Below are positions 53,681 to 63,475 of a stretch of 64,000 nucleotides of DNA, in pieces. A program made the position numbers and the translations under genes. Origin of the DNA: Patescibacteria group bacterium (GTDB lineage Bacteria; Patescibacteriota; UBA1384; 2-12-FULL-50-11); contig JBBUAP010000004.1 of NCBI GenBank assembly GCA_038058635.1, positions 31,196-95,195 of the forward strand, read 5' to 3'. The notes under the pieces were generated by a model. That model had not been told where the DNA came from, searched no databases, and saw only the letters and a program-made list of their open reading frames with translations. The first letter of the stretch is position 1, and every line of letters begins with the position of its first letter.

Positions 53681-54922
53681 TTAACTACTAAAATTTCGTA
53701 GAATCCCACGAAATCGGTCAAACACCCCCCCCAATTTTCCGAAATCGTAACGTTCGCGTCCGTGTCCGGATTGATTCTCCTCCACTCCCCAAAGAACCAG
53801 CCCAACGGCGCAAGCGTAAATCGGATTGTCGAGCTTGTCAAGCAGGCCCGAAAATTGGGCAGTCGGAAAACCGACTGTGGCCGGTAGTCGGAGCTCTTTG
53901 CGGGCTAGCTCGGTTAGCCCTTCTATATCTGATCCGCCGCCAGTAAAGACCGCACCGGCAGGCAGGAGAGCGTCTTTGCCGATCGCCTGCAATTGCTCCC
54001 GAATTAGATGAAAGATTTCGGCGACGCGGGCTTCGATAATTTCAGAAATTTGTCGGCGCGAGACCTTTTCGTCTTCGGCGGGGTCAAGTGAAGCAAGATT
54101 AATTGTTTCTGACTCGCGAATTTTTTCTGGTAAAACTGTACCATATTTGGTCTTGATCGCTTCAGCAACATCTAAATTGGTTCGCAGGCCAATAGCGATA
54201 TCGTTGGTGATATGCATCGAGCCGACTGGCAGAGTCGCGCAGTGGATTAGTTCCCCCTCTTCGTAGACAGCAAAATCGGTTGTTCCGGCTCCGAGGTCGA
54301 TCACGACTACGCCGGAATCGCGTTGCTTCTTAGTCGTTAGGGCCTTCGAAGTTGCTAGAGGGGCGTAGACTAAGCCGTCAATCTGAATGCCGGCTTGTTC
54401 GATGGTTTTGATCAAATTTCGTAGTGCCGCCGAGGAAGCGCTGATAATGAGCGTGTCGACTTCCAGGCGAATTCCGTTCATTCCAATCGGGTCTCGAATT
54501 TCGTCTTGTCCGTCAACGGTAAAATGATGCGGGAAGGTGTGAATGAGCTCGCGGTTCTGGGGTAGGGCGATGGTTTTGGCGGCGTCGATTACCCGGCTGA
54601 CATCTTCGGCTTGAATTTCACCGTTGGGTCGGGCCACGGCCACGACTCCTTTGGCTGGTTGAGAGAGTATGTGCGAGCCGTTGATTGAAACGTAGGCGTG
54701 AGTAATTGGGAAACCAGACATTTTCTCGGCTTCCTCCAGAGCTTGTGAGAGGGCACTGACTGTTTCTTCGATATCAACTATCATCCCCCGCTTCATGCCG
54801 CTATGGGCAACGGCGGTGACGCCCATTAAAGATACTACGCCTTCGGCGACGCTACCGACACAGACGGCGATTTTCGACGCCCCAACATCAATGCCAACGA
54901 CAAGCGAGTCCTTCATGACCAA
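53681..54922 (-). CDS. ftsA: Cell division protein FtsA
   Basis: Actin-fold ATPase motifs (VGIDVGASKIAV, VIDLGAGTTDFAV). Confidence 0.95.
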   Translation of the reverse strand: MVMKDSLVVGIDVGASKIAVCVGSVAEGVVSLMGVTAVAHSGMKRGMIVDIEETVSALSQALEEAEKMSGFPITHAYVSINGSHILSQPAKGVVAVARPNGEIQAEDVSRVIDAAKTIALPQNRELIHTFPHHFTVDGQDEIRDPIGMNGIRLEVDTLIISASSAALRNLIKTIEQAGIQIDGLVYAPLATSKALTTKKQRDSGVVVIDLGAGTTDFAVYEEGELIHCATLPVGSMHITNDIAIGLRTNLDVAEAIKTKYGTVLPEKIRESETINLASLDPAEDEKVSRRQISEIIEARVAEIFHLIREQLQAIGKDALLPAGAVFTGGGSDIEGLTELARKELRLPATVGFPTAQFSGLLDKLDNPIYACAVGLVLWGVEENQSGHGRERYDFGKLGGVFDRFRGILRNFSS

Positions 54923-55043
54923 AACCTTTCAGGTTTTGAAGTCTGGGGCGTGGAATGGTTATTTAATAATCGCGGAGCGACACCACAATTGAGACCTGAG
55001 AGTTGAGACCTGAGACTTTCATCGATGACTCCCCTCCGATTTT

Positions 55044-55409
55044 TCATCGATGATGGTATCCCAGTAGGTGGAGCAGTCCGTGGCTGGAGAGCGTTTTTAG
55101 TTCGTCGATTAACTCGATGCCGGCCTCCGCGGCTTGTTTGGTGGCGGTTTCGACGGATATGGCAAGTGAACCAGTTAAACCCTTAACTTCGCCGTCATAC
55201 GGAAAGCTTAAAACATCAGTTGGTTCATTAATGCCAAAAAAGCGTTGTTTCAGTGTTTTTATCTCCTTGTCATCGACGATTGATATCTCAATCTCCACTC
55301 TACCAACCGTTTTCAGGCGTCGCAATACTTCGAGCAGATGTTGCTCGATCTCTTTAGTGTCAACGGTCGTTTTAGTGGTGTTCTGCCAGAGGATCTTCAG
55401 TTCAGCCAT
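55044..55409 (-). CDS. ybeY: rRNA maturation endoribonuclease YbeY
   Basis: TDVLSFP and the zinc-binding HGLLHLLGYHH motif. Confidence 0.8.
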   Translation of the reverse strand: MAELKILWQNTTKTTVDTKEIEQHLLEVLRRLKTVGRVEIEISIVDDKEIKTLKQRFFGINEPTDVLSFPYDGEVKGLTGSLAISVETATKQAAEAGIELIDELKTLSSHGLLHLLGYHHR

Positions 55410-55418
55410 GCCCGGCTC

Positions 55419-55865
55419 TTACCCGTTCTGAATTTTCTGACGAAGAATTTGGGAAACTAGAGTCATATCGGCCTGACCCTTCAGCTCGGCACTCAAGGCC
55501 CCCATCGCCAGGCCCATTTGGCTCATATCGGTCGGTTTGGCTTTGAGATATTTCTCGACGACTTCGATAACGGCCGCTTCGTCCATCTGTTCGGGGAGAT
55601 ATTTTTTCAAGAGCATCATTTCCTGATACTCTTTGTCGGCTAAATCAATCTTATCGATACCGCGGTAAATCGCTTCGGCTTCGACCCTTTTCTTAACCTC
55701 TCGCTGGATAATAGTCGTCACTTGCTGATCGTCGAGCGCCTTACCGGTGTCGATCTCGACGTTTTTAAGAATAGATTTCAAGAAACGCAAAGTTTCTTTG
55801 GTAAAGTCGTCACCGGATTTGAGGGCGGCTAAAAGGTCAGCTTCCAGAGTCGTCTGGAGGGCCAT
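55419..55865 (-). CDS. GatB/YqeY domain protein
   Basis: 148 aa helical protein with the YqeY pattern (LKSGDDFTKETLRFLKSILKNVEID); in the conserved position next to rpsU. Confidence 0.8.
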   Translation of the reverse strand: MALQTTLEADLLAALKSGDDFTKETLRFLKSILKNVEIDTGKALDDQQVTTIIQREVKKRVEAEAIYRGIDKIDLADKEYQEMMLLKKYLPEQMDEAAVIEVVEKYLKAKPTDMSQMGLAMGALSAELKGQADMTLVSQILRQKIQNG

Positions 55866-56062
55866 TAGAAGGTCCGGAAAGCTTTTCGGCGGACGGCGCG
55901 AGCTTGAGCGGACTGGCGGCGCTTGAAACGAGTTGGCTTTTTCTCGAAGAAACGACGTCGTTTTATCTCGGTCATGATTTCCGACTGTTGGACATCCCGA
56001 AAAAAGCGTCGCAAAACGACTTCGACGGGCATAGCTCTCTTTTCTTCGCTGTATTCAGCCAT
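55865..56062 (-). CDS. rpsU: 30S ribosomal protein S21
   Basis: MPVEVVLRRFFRDVQQSEIMTEIKRRRFFEKKPTRFKRR is similar to S21. Confidence 0.85.
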   Translation of the reverse strand: MAEYSEEKRAMPVEVVLRRFFRDVQQSEIMTEIKRRRFFEKKPTRFKRRQSAQARAVRRKAFRTF

Positions 56063-56145
56063 TAGTTTCTAAATTGTAGCAGGAAATACGGAATTAGTTA
56101 ATGGTTTTCGTGATTGAATCGCACTCTAATCACTAAGATAATGTG

Positions 56146-56592
56146 CTACATCCCCCAATCAAGCAACTCGGTGAATCGAATGTAATAACCATAAGGGTCG
56201 GCCATGCGAAAATCTTTCCAGGTCCTCGTATTGTCACTCTTCGCTAAGAGCTCTTGTACCACACTTTCACCTAATTTATGGGAGACTTCTTTATATAAGG
56301 TGCTAACTTCCTTAACGGGAATAGTTAGCTCAACGGCATAACCTCGCGGAGTATTCTTGTCAAACTGTTTAAAATACGACTGCTCATAAACCCGTTCATC
56401 GTCTCCGTAGAAATTTATCATAGTATCACCAAGCGGGTCCCGTCTTTGCATAACCATGTAGCCGGGATATTCTCCCTTAACATCTTCCGATATGATTTCA
56501 AAACCAAGCTTTGAATAAAAATCCTTAACCGGAGCAAACTCCGGCACATGAAGCTCAATAATTAAGTTATTTCGTACTAGCTGTTTCGACAT
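56146..56592 (-). CDS. Glyoxalase/bleomycin-resistance (VOC) family protein
   Basis: N-terminal HVPEFAPVKDFYSKLGFEI and the paired beta-alpha-beta-beta-beta module pattern. Confidence 0.7.
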   Translation of the reverse strand: MSKQLVRNNLIIELHVPEFAPVKDFYSKLGFEIISEDVKGEYPGYMVMQRRDPLGDTMINFYGDDERVYEQSYFKQFDKNTPRGYAVELTIPVKEVSTLYKEVSHKLGESVVQELLAKSDNTRTWKDFRMADPYGYYIRFTELLDWGM

Positions 56593-57149
56593 ATTTCAAT
56601 CCTACTCCTGAACCAGGAATTGTCGAGGGCTGTACGACGAGTCACCCACCCTCATTGTTCGATGAGCTGGGCTCGGTCGAACGTCAAAGGTGGGTTTCGT
56701 CAACTATCAGTTCGCCTGGTTTTACCAGGCTGAAGCGAGTTACTTTCAACCGAGATTAGCTGACCGCTTTTGCGGCCGCCAATCCATTAGTTCGGATTGC
56801 ATAGCACGAAAGGTTTTTGCCTTTCTCGTCGTTTCGTTTTTCACAATTCAATTCTCGTATCGTGGGTAAACGGGTTCTTTGAGGTCAGCTGGGTGTCCCG
56901 CAAATATTAGGAATTGGGAAGCTGGTTGCTCGGTGCGCAGCTTTGCTAAAAGCAAAGAGGCTGAAACAGTTTTTATTGTCACGTGATACAAATTCCGTCT
57001 GGAGGGACGAATCCCAATCACTAGAGAGTTGCAATCAAACAAGAAATCAATGGGACAGAGCCAGAGGCTCGTCCGTTAAAGGTACGCATAAGTCTTACTC
57101 CTATGATGGTTGTGGAGGAAAAGCTAGTAGCTGATTCCTCAGAGAACTT

Positions 57150-57185
57150 AATAGTTAGTAAAGTATATCATATCAGCCTCAAGAA
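57150..57185 (-). promoter_or_regulatory. Strong sigma70-like promoter on the minus strand (TTGACT-17-TATACT) at the head of a ~550 nt ORF-poor region
   Basis: Minus strand reads ccaTTGACTtcttgaggctgatatgaTATACTttac. Confidence 0.5.
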
Positions 57186-57261
57186 GTCAATGGATATATG
57201 GTTCGTAAAGAGCGTAGAAATAGAATGAGTGCCTTTTGTGATGATGCAATTTTCGGCTCAC

Positions 57262-57300
57262 CCCGATCATAAAAAAGTCGGCACACCCGATTGGGTGTAC
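57262..57300 (-). terminator. Rho-independent terminator for the KH-domain gene
   Basis: Minus strand reads ggtacacccaatcgggtgtgccgac followed by ttttttat. Confidence 0.6.
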
Positions 57301-57312
57301 CGATGACTACTC

Positions 57313-57591
57313 TCAGTTGAGGCTGATGCCGACAATCTTGACTCTGCTGACTTCAAGGATACTCGATAGTGTCGACACTATCCGACCACGTTCACCGATC
57401 CAACCGGCGAGATCGATTTGAGGCACTCTGAGGGTTGCGATCCCGTCCTCGGGATTAATCCTTAGGCTGTAAAGCCCTTGACCGTAATACTCCTCGAGCG
57501 CTCCAATCAGCCCGTCTTTAGATCGAGGGAATTCAATCATTCTCTCGAGCCAGCATGACCAAACCCTTACCCTAATTCCACCTCTAGCCAT
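57313..57591 (-). CDS. Small KH-domain (YlqC/KH_4-like) RNA-binding protein
   Basis: ...DGIATLRVPQIDLAGWIGERGRIVSTLSSILEVSRVKIVGI fits the KH GxxG pattern. Confidence 0.45.
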   Translation of the reverse strand: MARGGIRVRVWSCWLERMIEFPRSKDGLIGALEEYYGQGLYSLRINPEDGIATLRVPQIDLAGWIGERGRIVSTLSSILEVSRVKIVGISLN

Positions 57592-57792
57592 ACAGTAACC
57601 TCCTTCTGAGCTAGTCAGAAGTTGATAACGAAATTATAAAGGAAAGTTAGGAAAAGTCGAGTTCACTTTCTTCGGATTAGAAGTACCAATAAGAGGTAGG
57701 ACTTACCCATTTCAATTTTCTCCACCGATCGTTGGCGCGTCGTGTTTCCTTGAACTACTCCCTAAACGATGTAGGTCGAGTATAATTTTGGA

Positions 57793-58314
57793 ATGAATCT
57801 TTCAGAATTTAGAAATAACTATGTTAAAGGACTAAAGAAAACTACTCTAGGTATTATCCGGAACCCATCGGGAGAGGTTTGTTTGGCGATGAAGAAGCGC
57901 GGGTTCGGTGCCGGCAAGTGGAATTTCTCTGGCGGAAAAGTTCTGCCCGACGAAACACCCGAGCAATGTCTCGTCCGTGAGACAGAGGAAGAATTTGGGG
58001 TGAAGATTGGTAACCTTCGATCAGTCGGTATCCTCTATTTCTACTTTTCTGATGTGCCGTTAGAGAAAAACTGGAATCAGAAATGTTATGTTTTCGAAGC
58101 CGGAACTTGGGACGGAGAGCCGCAAGAGAGCGAGGAGATGCTCCCGAAGTGGTGGCGCCGAGACCGTATCCCCTACCAGGAAATGTGGCAGGAGGACAAA
58201 TCCTGGATCGAGCCTGCCCTCGACGGTCAGGTCTTAACCGGTCGCTTCCTCTTTACTTCAAAAGATGTTTGTTTGGAAAAAGCAATCGTAATAGGCAAAA
58301 TCATCGACGAGTGA
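57793..58314 (+). CDS. NUDIX hydrolase (MutT-like)
   Basis: Nudix box GGKVLPDETPEQCLVRETEEEFGV. Confidence 0.75.
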   Translation: MNLSEFRNNYVKGLKKTTLGIIRNPSGEVCLAMKKRGFGAGKWNFSGGKVLPDETPEQCLVRETEEEFGVKIGNLRSVGILYFYFSDVPLEKNWNQKCYVFEAGTWDGEPQESEEMLPKWWRRDRIPYQEMWQEDKSWIEPALDGQVLTGRFLFTSKDVCLEKAIVIGKIIDE

Positions 58315-58316
58315 AT

Positions 58317-58934
58317 TCAGCTTTTGCGCCAATTTTTGTCTAAGTCTTCTTCTGTGAGGCGAAAAATGGTTTCGTGATCCCCTGGTATGAGATCGTGGAG
58401 CTGGCAAAACTTTTTACCATATTCGAGCTTTTCTTTTTCTTTTGCTTCTTTTTCTTTTATAGTCTCTGGTGGAAAAGTGAAATCGGTATTAATGAGGTCG
58501 CAAGTATATTCCGGCCCAAAAATAAGACCGAGCGTCCAATGAGCTCGTTGACTCATTGGATAAATACTAACTAAAACTACCCGCTTCCAATTATTTGGAA
58601 TGAGTAAATCCTTTTTTATGAAATAGGCATTAGTGACAGTGGTGTACGAATCTTCCTCAAGCAAAGTCGCATTTTCTGGCAGTCCGAGACTTTGGGCGTA
58701 GTTTGCCATTGCCCTGGCTTCGGTGGTTGGAGGGGTGTAGTCGAGGGTGTAAGTCCACTTACCACTGAAGATTATTCTGTCGGACAGGCCGTCATTAAAA
58801 AGTTCCACAGCTTTCTCGACGGTAGATTTGGCGCTTTCAGAAGTTGACCCATCTTTATACACCCCCCTGCCCAAAACCAAAATCGCATCATACTTCATTC
58901 CCCGATTGTACCCATAAACGTAATTTTGAGCCAT
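58317..58934 (-). CDS. DUF218 (YdcF/SanA-like) domain protein
   Basis: AILVLGRGVYKDGSTSESAKSTVEKAVELFNDGLSDRIIFSG pattern. Confidence 0.6.
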   Translation of the reverse strand: MAQNYVYGYNRGMKYDAILVLGRGVYKDGSTSESAKSTVEKAVELFNDGLSDRIIFSGKWTYTLDYTPPTTEARAMANYAQSLGLPENATLLEEDSYTTVTNAYFIKKDLLIPNNWKRVVLVSIYPMSQRAHWTLGLIFGPEYTCDLINTDFTFPPETIKEKEAKEKEKLEYGKKFCQLHDLIPGDHETIFRLTEEDLDKNWRKS

Positions 58935-58976
58935 AAAAAATGGTCCGGAGAGCGGTCTCTCCGAACCTAGGGTTGG

Positions 58977-60254
58977 CTACGCCTGCGCGTAACGAGTGAC
59001 GACTTCCAAGATCTCCTTGGCTACACCCTCGTCGCGTAGTCGATCACGATGTTCGCGGTAGGTCGCGATATAGAATCGCGCGAACCTGCGACTAAGGTTG
59101 CGATCAGCTGACCACTGTTCTGGGTGAAGATCCTGGAGCGAAAATATACCCGCTCCGGTTAGGAAGTTGATGTTGTGCGGTGCAAATCTCCGCATTGGTG
59201 GTGCGGGTGTTGCCAGAATTGAATACTCCGGCAATGCAAGTAGATTCTCGATCTCACTCTCGAGCTTCCTTATTACGCGAATGTCGTGCATCTGTTTTTC
59301 GAAGAAGACTTCATCAGGGGCAGACATGTGGGTGATTGGGCTGCCACCGTTCCAGCTGATTCGGTGGAACAGATCCAGTTGTAGGACAATTGCCGGCCGC
59401 GGCTGATCCCGAACAAAGAGACGCTGATACTGTTGCTGAACGATCGGATTCTTAGCCTCTGCTAGTCGACTGTCGAGTTGGAAGTCGACCATCTCAACCA
59501 GCTGGGATTCTGTCAGTTCAGGATCGTGCCCCATCTGCCCGAGTAAGAGTGAGATCATTCTCTGCTCGAACCTCTCGCACGTCGCGACCCGCGGTTCGTA
59601 GTAAACCCGGTCGTACATCGTCCAGTAGTGATGGTTCAACATCAGAACTGGCTGGAAGATTTGAGCGTCAGCCACCAGTTTGTCTTCCAATAGGAAAACA
59701 GAGTTGATGAAAGTTGCTCTGTTGGGCATCCCACCAACACCAGTGTAGAGTGCGTCGCGCTCTAGATAGTCTAACTTTTCTACCCCAAGAGGAGTGTCGA
59801 AGATAGCAGCCGAATGCGGATGCTCTCGCTTGAGCAATAGGGCAATCTGCTCAGGGCGAGCACCGACCTTCACGATGGCCGACTCCATCTCATTGAGAAG
59901 CCGCAGGACGCGCTGGTCATGTGACTCGGCAACGATAGGGTCAGTCAAGTGAGACTTTGGTCCGTGTGCAACATCGTGAATTAAGGTCGCGACGGCCAGA
60001 TCGATCGCCTCCTGCGCGGTGATGAACCCTTGCTCTACCCAGAGCGTAGCGCGCTGGACCATAAGCCACCAAGAGCCAAATAGATGCTCGAGACGTTTAT
60101 GGAACGCGGCTGGAAACTTGACATGCGCCAATCCGAGCTGGTCGACAAATCTGCTTCTCTGAAAGATCGGGTGATCAACGACGGGTTTGATAGGGGTTAT
60201 GTCTATCGTCCCCGTGACTGGAACATAAATTTCCGTACGAGGACGGCCGTGCAT
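58977..60254 (-). CDS. HD-domain phosphohydrolase, dNTP triphosphohydrolase-like
   Basis: HD metal-binding motif LIHDVAHGPKSH; 425 aa. Confidence 0.65.
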   Translation of the reverse strand: MHGRPRTEIYVPVTGTIDITPIKPVVDHPIFQRSRFVDQLGLAHVKFPAAFHKRLEHLFGSWWLMVQRATLWVEQGFITAQEAIDLAVATLIHDVAHGPKSHLTDPIVAESHDQRVLRLLNEMESAIVKVGARPEQIALLLKREHPHSAAIFDTPLGVEKLDYLERDALYTGVGGMPNRATFINSVFLLEDKLVADAQIFQPVLMLNHHYWTMYDRVYYEPRVATCERFEQRMISLLLGQMGHDPELTESQLVEMVDFQLDSRLAEAKNPIVQQQYQRLFVRDQPRPAIVLQLDLFHRISWNGGSPITHMSAPDEVFFEKQMHDIRVIRKLESEIENLLALPEYSILATPAPPMRRFAPHNINFLTGAGIFSLQDLHPEQWSADRNLSRRFARFYIATYREHRDRLRDEGVAKEILEVVTRYAQA

Positions 60255-60342
60255 TTCGGAACCTCCTGTTAATTTTCGTCCCTAAGGACGGGTTCGACTG
60301 GAATGTAACTGGTCAGGAGAACAAATGCAAATCCTCTAGAAG

Positions 60343-60675
60343 TTAGTACATACTTTTCGAGGGAGCGCCGCCGAGGAGGTGCAAGTGGGCGTGGTTTATC
60401 TCTTGACCGGCGTGCTTGCCGACATTGAAAAGTAGTCGGTAGCCGGTTTCTTTGACGCCGAGAATTTGGGCCACCTCTTCTGAACCCAAAAACATATCAT
60501 GTAGTTCTTCGGCTCGTAGTTCTTCCGGTCGCTCAACATGGCGTTTCGGGACAATCAAAACATGTACCGGGGCTTTCGGGTGAGTATCTTTGAACGCCAT
60601 ATAGTGACTGGTCTCAATAACCTTTTCACAGGTTAACTCCCCGCTGATAATTTTGCAAAATAAACAATCTTCCAT
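60343..60675 (-). CDS. HIT-family nucleotide hydrolase
   Basis: Histidine triad HAHLHLLGG and N-terminal CLFCKII. Confidence 0.85.
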   Translation of the reverse strand: MEDCLFCKIISGELTCEKVIETSHYMAFKDTHPKAPVHVLIVPKRHVERPEELRAEELHDMFLGSEEVAQILGVKETGYRLLFNVGKHAGQEINHAHLHLLGGAPSKSMY

Positions 60676-60862
60676 TGACTAGATATTAGCACACTCTTGA
60701 AACGGTTTTTCATATTCCTGATTGCCAAAAGCGGTTAGCTGAAATGCTGGCGTAAACCATTGACATATACTTTGCCACCTGATAAGATACACAAACTTCC
60801 GCTGGGAAGCTTTTCCGTTAGTCGCCGGGTAACCGACGCTGGAAGTATAACCAGAGGATGCA

Positions 60863-61585
60863 TTGAAAAAAGTAATGAAAAAAACCTTGTTTGGCCGTTT
60901 GGCCAAACTTCAAGGGAGGATTCGTAAGTACCTGAAAAAATCGCGAGATACCAAACGCTTCATCTTAACGATGGTCGCCGTTTGGACCGTCATCCCCGCT
61001 CTGTCTGTTAACGCGGCCGGCAGTAATGTCGTCCCGGCTGAAGTCGTCGTTACTAATGTGACGATCGACCAGAACCTACAGATCGAGAAACCGAAATATA
61101 CTGTCGAAGTTCGCACTTCGCCTCGTCAAGTGGCCAAACAGGCTGCGGCGATCGAGGCTAATCGTGCCGCGACCCAAGCAGTGACAGTCAGTATCGCTTC
61201 AACCGAAACGACTGACCCCGGTATGGATGTTAAGCGTCAGTGGACTCAGAAAGCCGCTAGCACCTGGAACATCGACTGGAAGCTTCTAGAGGCTGTCTGG
61301 CAGGTAGAAACAGGCAAGACTTGGTATACAAGTCGTGGTTCGTCTGCCGGCGCTCGAGGACCTCTCCAGTTCATGCCGGGTACTTGGCGCGGTTACGCCC
61401 AAGACGGAAACGGTGACGGCGTTAAGAATGTTAATGACGCCCGAGATAGTCTGTTTGCCGCCGCTAAACTCTTAGCGGTCAACGGGGCCGCTTCAGGAAA
61501 TGTTGACGGAGCCTTGCTTCGCTACAACCATTCCCTGGCTTATGTGGCCCATGTCAAACGGATTGCCGCCTCAATCGGCGGCTAA
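60863..61585 (+). CDS. Membrane-anchored lytic transglycosylase (SLT-domain) protein
   Basis: N-terminal TM; catalytic-region pattern ...VETGKTWYTSRGSSAGARGPLQFMPGTWRGY... Confidence 0.65.
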   Translation: MKKVMKKTLFGRLAKLQGRIRKYLKKSRDTKRFILTMVAVWTVIPALSVNAAGSNVVPAEVVVTNVTIDQNLQIEKPKYTVEVRTSPRQVAKQAAAIEANRAATQAVTVSIASTETTDPGMDVKRQWTQKAASTWNIDWKLLEAVWQVETGKTWYTSRGSSAGARGPLQFMPGTWRGYAQDGNGDGVKNVNDARDSLFAAAKLLAVNGAASGNVDGALLRYNHSLAYVAHVKRIAASIGG

Positions 61586-61633
61586 ATCTCGCGGTTCAAA
61601 GCTTCTCGACTTCACTCGAAGTCAACAAAAAGT

Positions 61634-61656
61634 CCCGCCGAAAGGTGGGGCTTTTT
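61634..61656 (+). terminator. Terminator-like hairpin after the transglycosylase gene
   Basis: cccgcc-gaaa-ggtggg followed by gcttttt. Confidence 0.5.
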
Positions 61657-61681
61657 GTATTGAAAGATAGGGACGAAACCG

Positions 61682-61975
61682 TTGAACCTTCAGGAAGAAT
61701 ACGGTACTATTCCGCACATGAGTGACGAAAAGCAACAACTCGAAATCTCGGATCTCGTCGACCCGTTCCTTACGGAGAAAACTCGTCGGGCGGTAGCTAC
61801 CGCCTTTGGAGTTCCACATCTTGAGGGTGGGATGCGCACAAAGTTCTTTCGGACCCTTACTGTTGGCAAGATGCTTGAGCACATCCCAACCTACGACAAG
61901 TTCTGTGAAATTGCTCGCAAGAGAGGCCAACTCGGCCCCAAGACACTAAAGAAGGCACGCATCATCTACGAGTAG
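61682..61975 (+). CDS. Small helix-hairpin-helix (RNAP alpha-CTD-like) protein, hypothetical
   Basis: ISDLVDPFLTEKTRRAVATAFGVPHLEGGMRTKFFRTLTVGKMLEHIP fits an HhH DNA-binding module; a plus-strand terminator follows at 61997-62034. Confidence 0.35.
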   Translation: MNLQEEYGTIPHMSDEKQQLEISDLVDPFLTEKTRRAVATAFGVPHLEGGMRTKFFRTLTVGKMLEHIPTYDKFCEIARKRGQLGPKTLKKARIIYE

Positions 61976-61996
61976 AGCTCGTACGCCTCACTTCAC

Positions 61997-62034
61997 GCCC
62001 GCACGACCAGCAATGGTACGGCGGGCTTCTTTTT
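61997..62034 (+). terminator. Rho-independent terminator
   Basis: gcccgc...gcgggc followed by ttcttttt. Confidence 0.5.
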
Positions 62035-62043
62035 AAATAGGTG

Positions 62044-63132
62044 TTAAGCGCTCGGCGCAACTATCGAACCATCTTGGGGCAGGACTTCAATCCAGATTTG
62101 GCCGCGGTTGAGGGGGATTTCTGCGCCCTGGGAGTCGTAAAATCGGGTCCTTTCGAGCCGGGAAGCTTTTTTCCAGGTGCCATCGGTTCGAGTACCGTCA
62201 ACAAACACGCTCGCCGCGCCTGATCCAATAGTGGTCATTGTCCACTCCGATTCTTTACCGGTGCCGGCATACGGCGCGTTGGCCGAGTGTGCCACAGTCA
62301 TTGCGACAATCGTTTTAGCCTTAATTTGTTCGCTAGAAACCCGATCGTTATGCGCCGCATCGTTCATAACTCGAGCATAGGTGTTCGACACGGGATCGTG
62401 CGTCCAGATTGCTTGAAATTGAGTGGTTGAAAAATTGAGGGTTATCTTAGGAATTGAGCCGAAGGTTTTGGCGTCATCCTTAAATTTCCAACTCGGGGTT
62501 GAGTAAGTTTCCGGCCATTTTTTGTTACTCACTCCCAAATTATAAATTTTCGAAACATCGACAAATAAAGTGTGTTCACTGGCTATTCCGGCTTGAGGAA
62601 TTCGGACATAGGCGTCGTTGGAATGTGGGTAGTCTTTGATGCCATATGAGCTAATTCTTGCTAGTGCTGTCGGTGAGCCACCGGCGTGGGCGTAAAAAGC
62701 GTCGTACTCGCTTAGCCAATCGATAAAATACGATCGAGCCGACCGAACTGGCCCGGCCTTAGTTGGGTAGCTTTGAGAAAAAATACCCACAAAGCGAGTA
62801 ATTCCGCCTTCAGTAACGGCTTCGTAAACAATATCGGCGCCAGTTAGTCCGGCTTGCGGTCGAGCGTCAGGGGAATTTTCAATCATGACGGCGACCGGGT
62901 GGCGATTTGCAATATCCGAGGTCACGAGAACGCCGTTAGTTAGGCTGGACACCAGTGTTGAGGAGACCTTCTTTTTGGCGATAACCCCAGCCGTGGCGTC
63001 GTCAGGGGCGGGCTTAGTGATAAACCAGAAAACACTGGCAATGGCGATGACAAAAATGATTGGCGCAAATATCACAAAAAACTTTTTGTGATTAATGAAA
63101 AATAGCTTAAAACGACTTGTCTCCCCCTCCAT
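62044..63132 (-). CDS. DUF3048 (YerB-like) domain membrane-anchored protein
   Basis: RHPVAVMIENSPDARPQAGLTGADIVYEAVTEGGITRFVGIF...GPVRSARSYF matches DUF3048. Confidence 0.65.
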   Translation of the reverse strand: MEGETSRFKLFFINHKKFFVIFAPIIFVIAIASVFWFITKPAPDDATAGVIAKKKVSSTLVSSLTNGVLVTSDIANRHPVAVMIENSPDARPQAGLTGADIVYEAVTEGGITRFVGIFSQSYPTKAGPVRSARSYFIDWLSEYDAFYAHAGGSPTALARISSYGIKDYPHSNDAYVRIPQAGIASEHTLFVDVSKIYNLGVSNKKWPETYSTPSWKFKDDAKTFGSIPKITLNFSTTQFQAIWTHDPVSNTYARVMNDAAHNDRVSSEQIKAKTIVAMTVAHSANAPYAGTGKESEWTMTTIGSGAASVFVDGTRTDGTWKKASRLERTRFYDSQGAEIPLNRGQIWIEVLPQDGSIVAPSA

Positions 63133-63221
63133 TACTCCACGCTACCAGCAAATGTTTTTCATGCCAAGAGTAGTGACAATTGATGTAAAATGGAGTAGTA
63201 TTGGCTTCACGGAGGATACGA

Positions 63222-63475
63222 TGGACCTGAAAAAAATCAATTACGAGATTCCCAAAAACTACTCCGCATCTCCATGCGTGGTACTAGCGGAGGATGAGCA
63301 AGAGGTGCTTTTCGAAGGCCTGCTGCATCGCATCGAGGACATCGATGCCATCGAAGGAATGCACGGCGAGCCGGTTCGGCTCGAGAAAGACGGTCACTAC
63401 TTTGAGATCCCAGAGGAATGGCGGAATCGCTTCCCTCGGTTTCAGGGTGAACCACTCGAACCCACCTGCCGTTAG
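63222..63475 (+). CDS. Hypothetical small protein (84 aa from the Met after a GGAGG RBS)
   Basis: The ORF 63095..63475 has an internal Met at 63222 preceded by cacGGAGGatacg; no family assigned. Confidence 0.3.

Noticed and set aside
56593-57250. RNase P RNA (rnpB) or tmRNA assignment
   Set aside because: AAAGAACCCGUUUAC resembles the P4 3' strand, but no GGAAAGUCCGG-like partner is found at appropriate spacing, and no tmRNA 5'/3' tRNA-like ends (GGGG...UUCGAC / ...CCA) are seen. Reported only as a generic ncRNA candidate.
60679-60906. 75 aa minus-strand ORF upstream of the HIT gene
   Set aside because: It overlaps the promoter and start of the plus-strand transglycosylase gene and has no RBS or recognisable features.
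61622-61930. 102 aa minus-strand ORF overlapping the small HhH protein gene
   Set aside because: A plus-strand rho-independent terminator immediately follows the plus ORF, and the plus product has a plausible HhH fold pattern. The minus ORF lacks an RBS.
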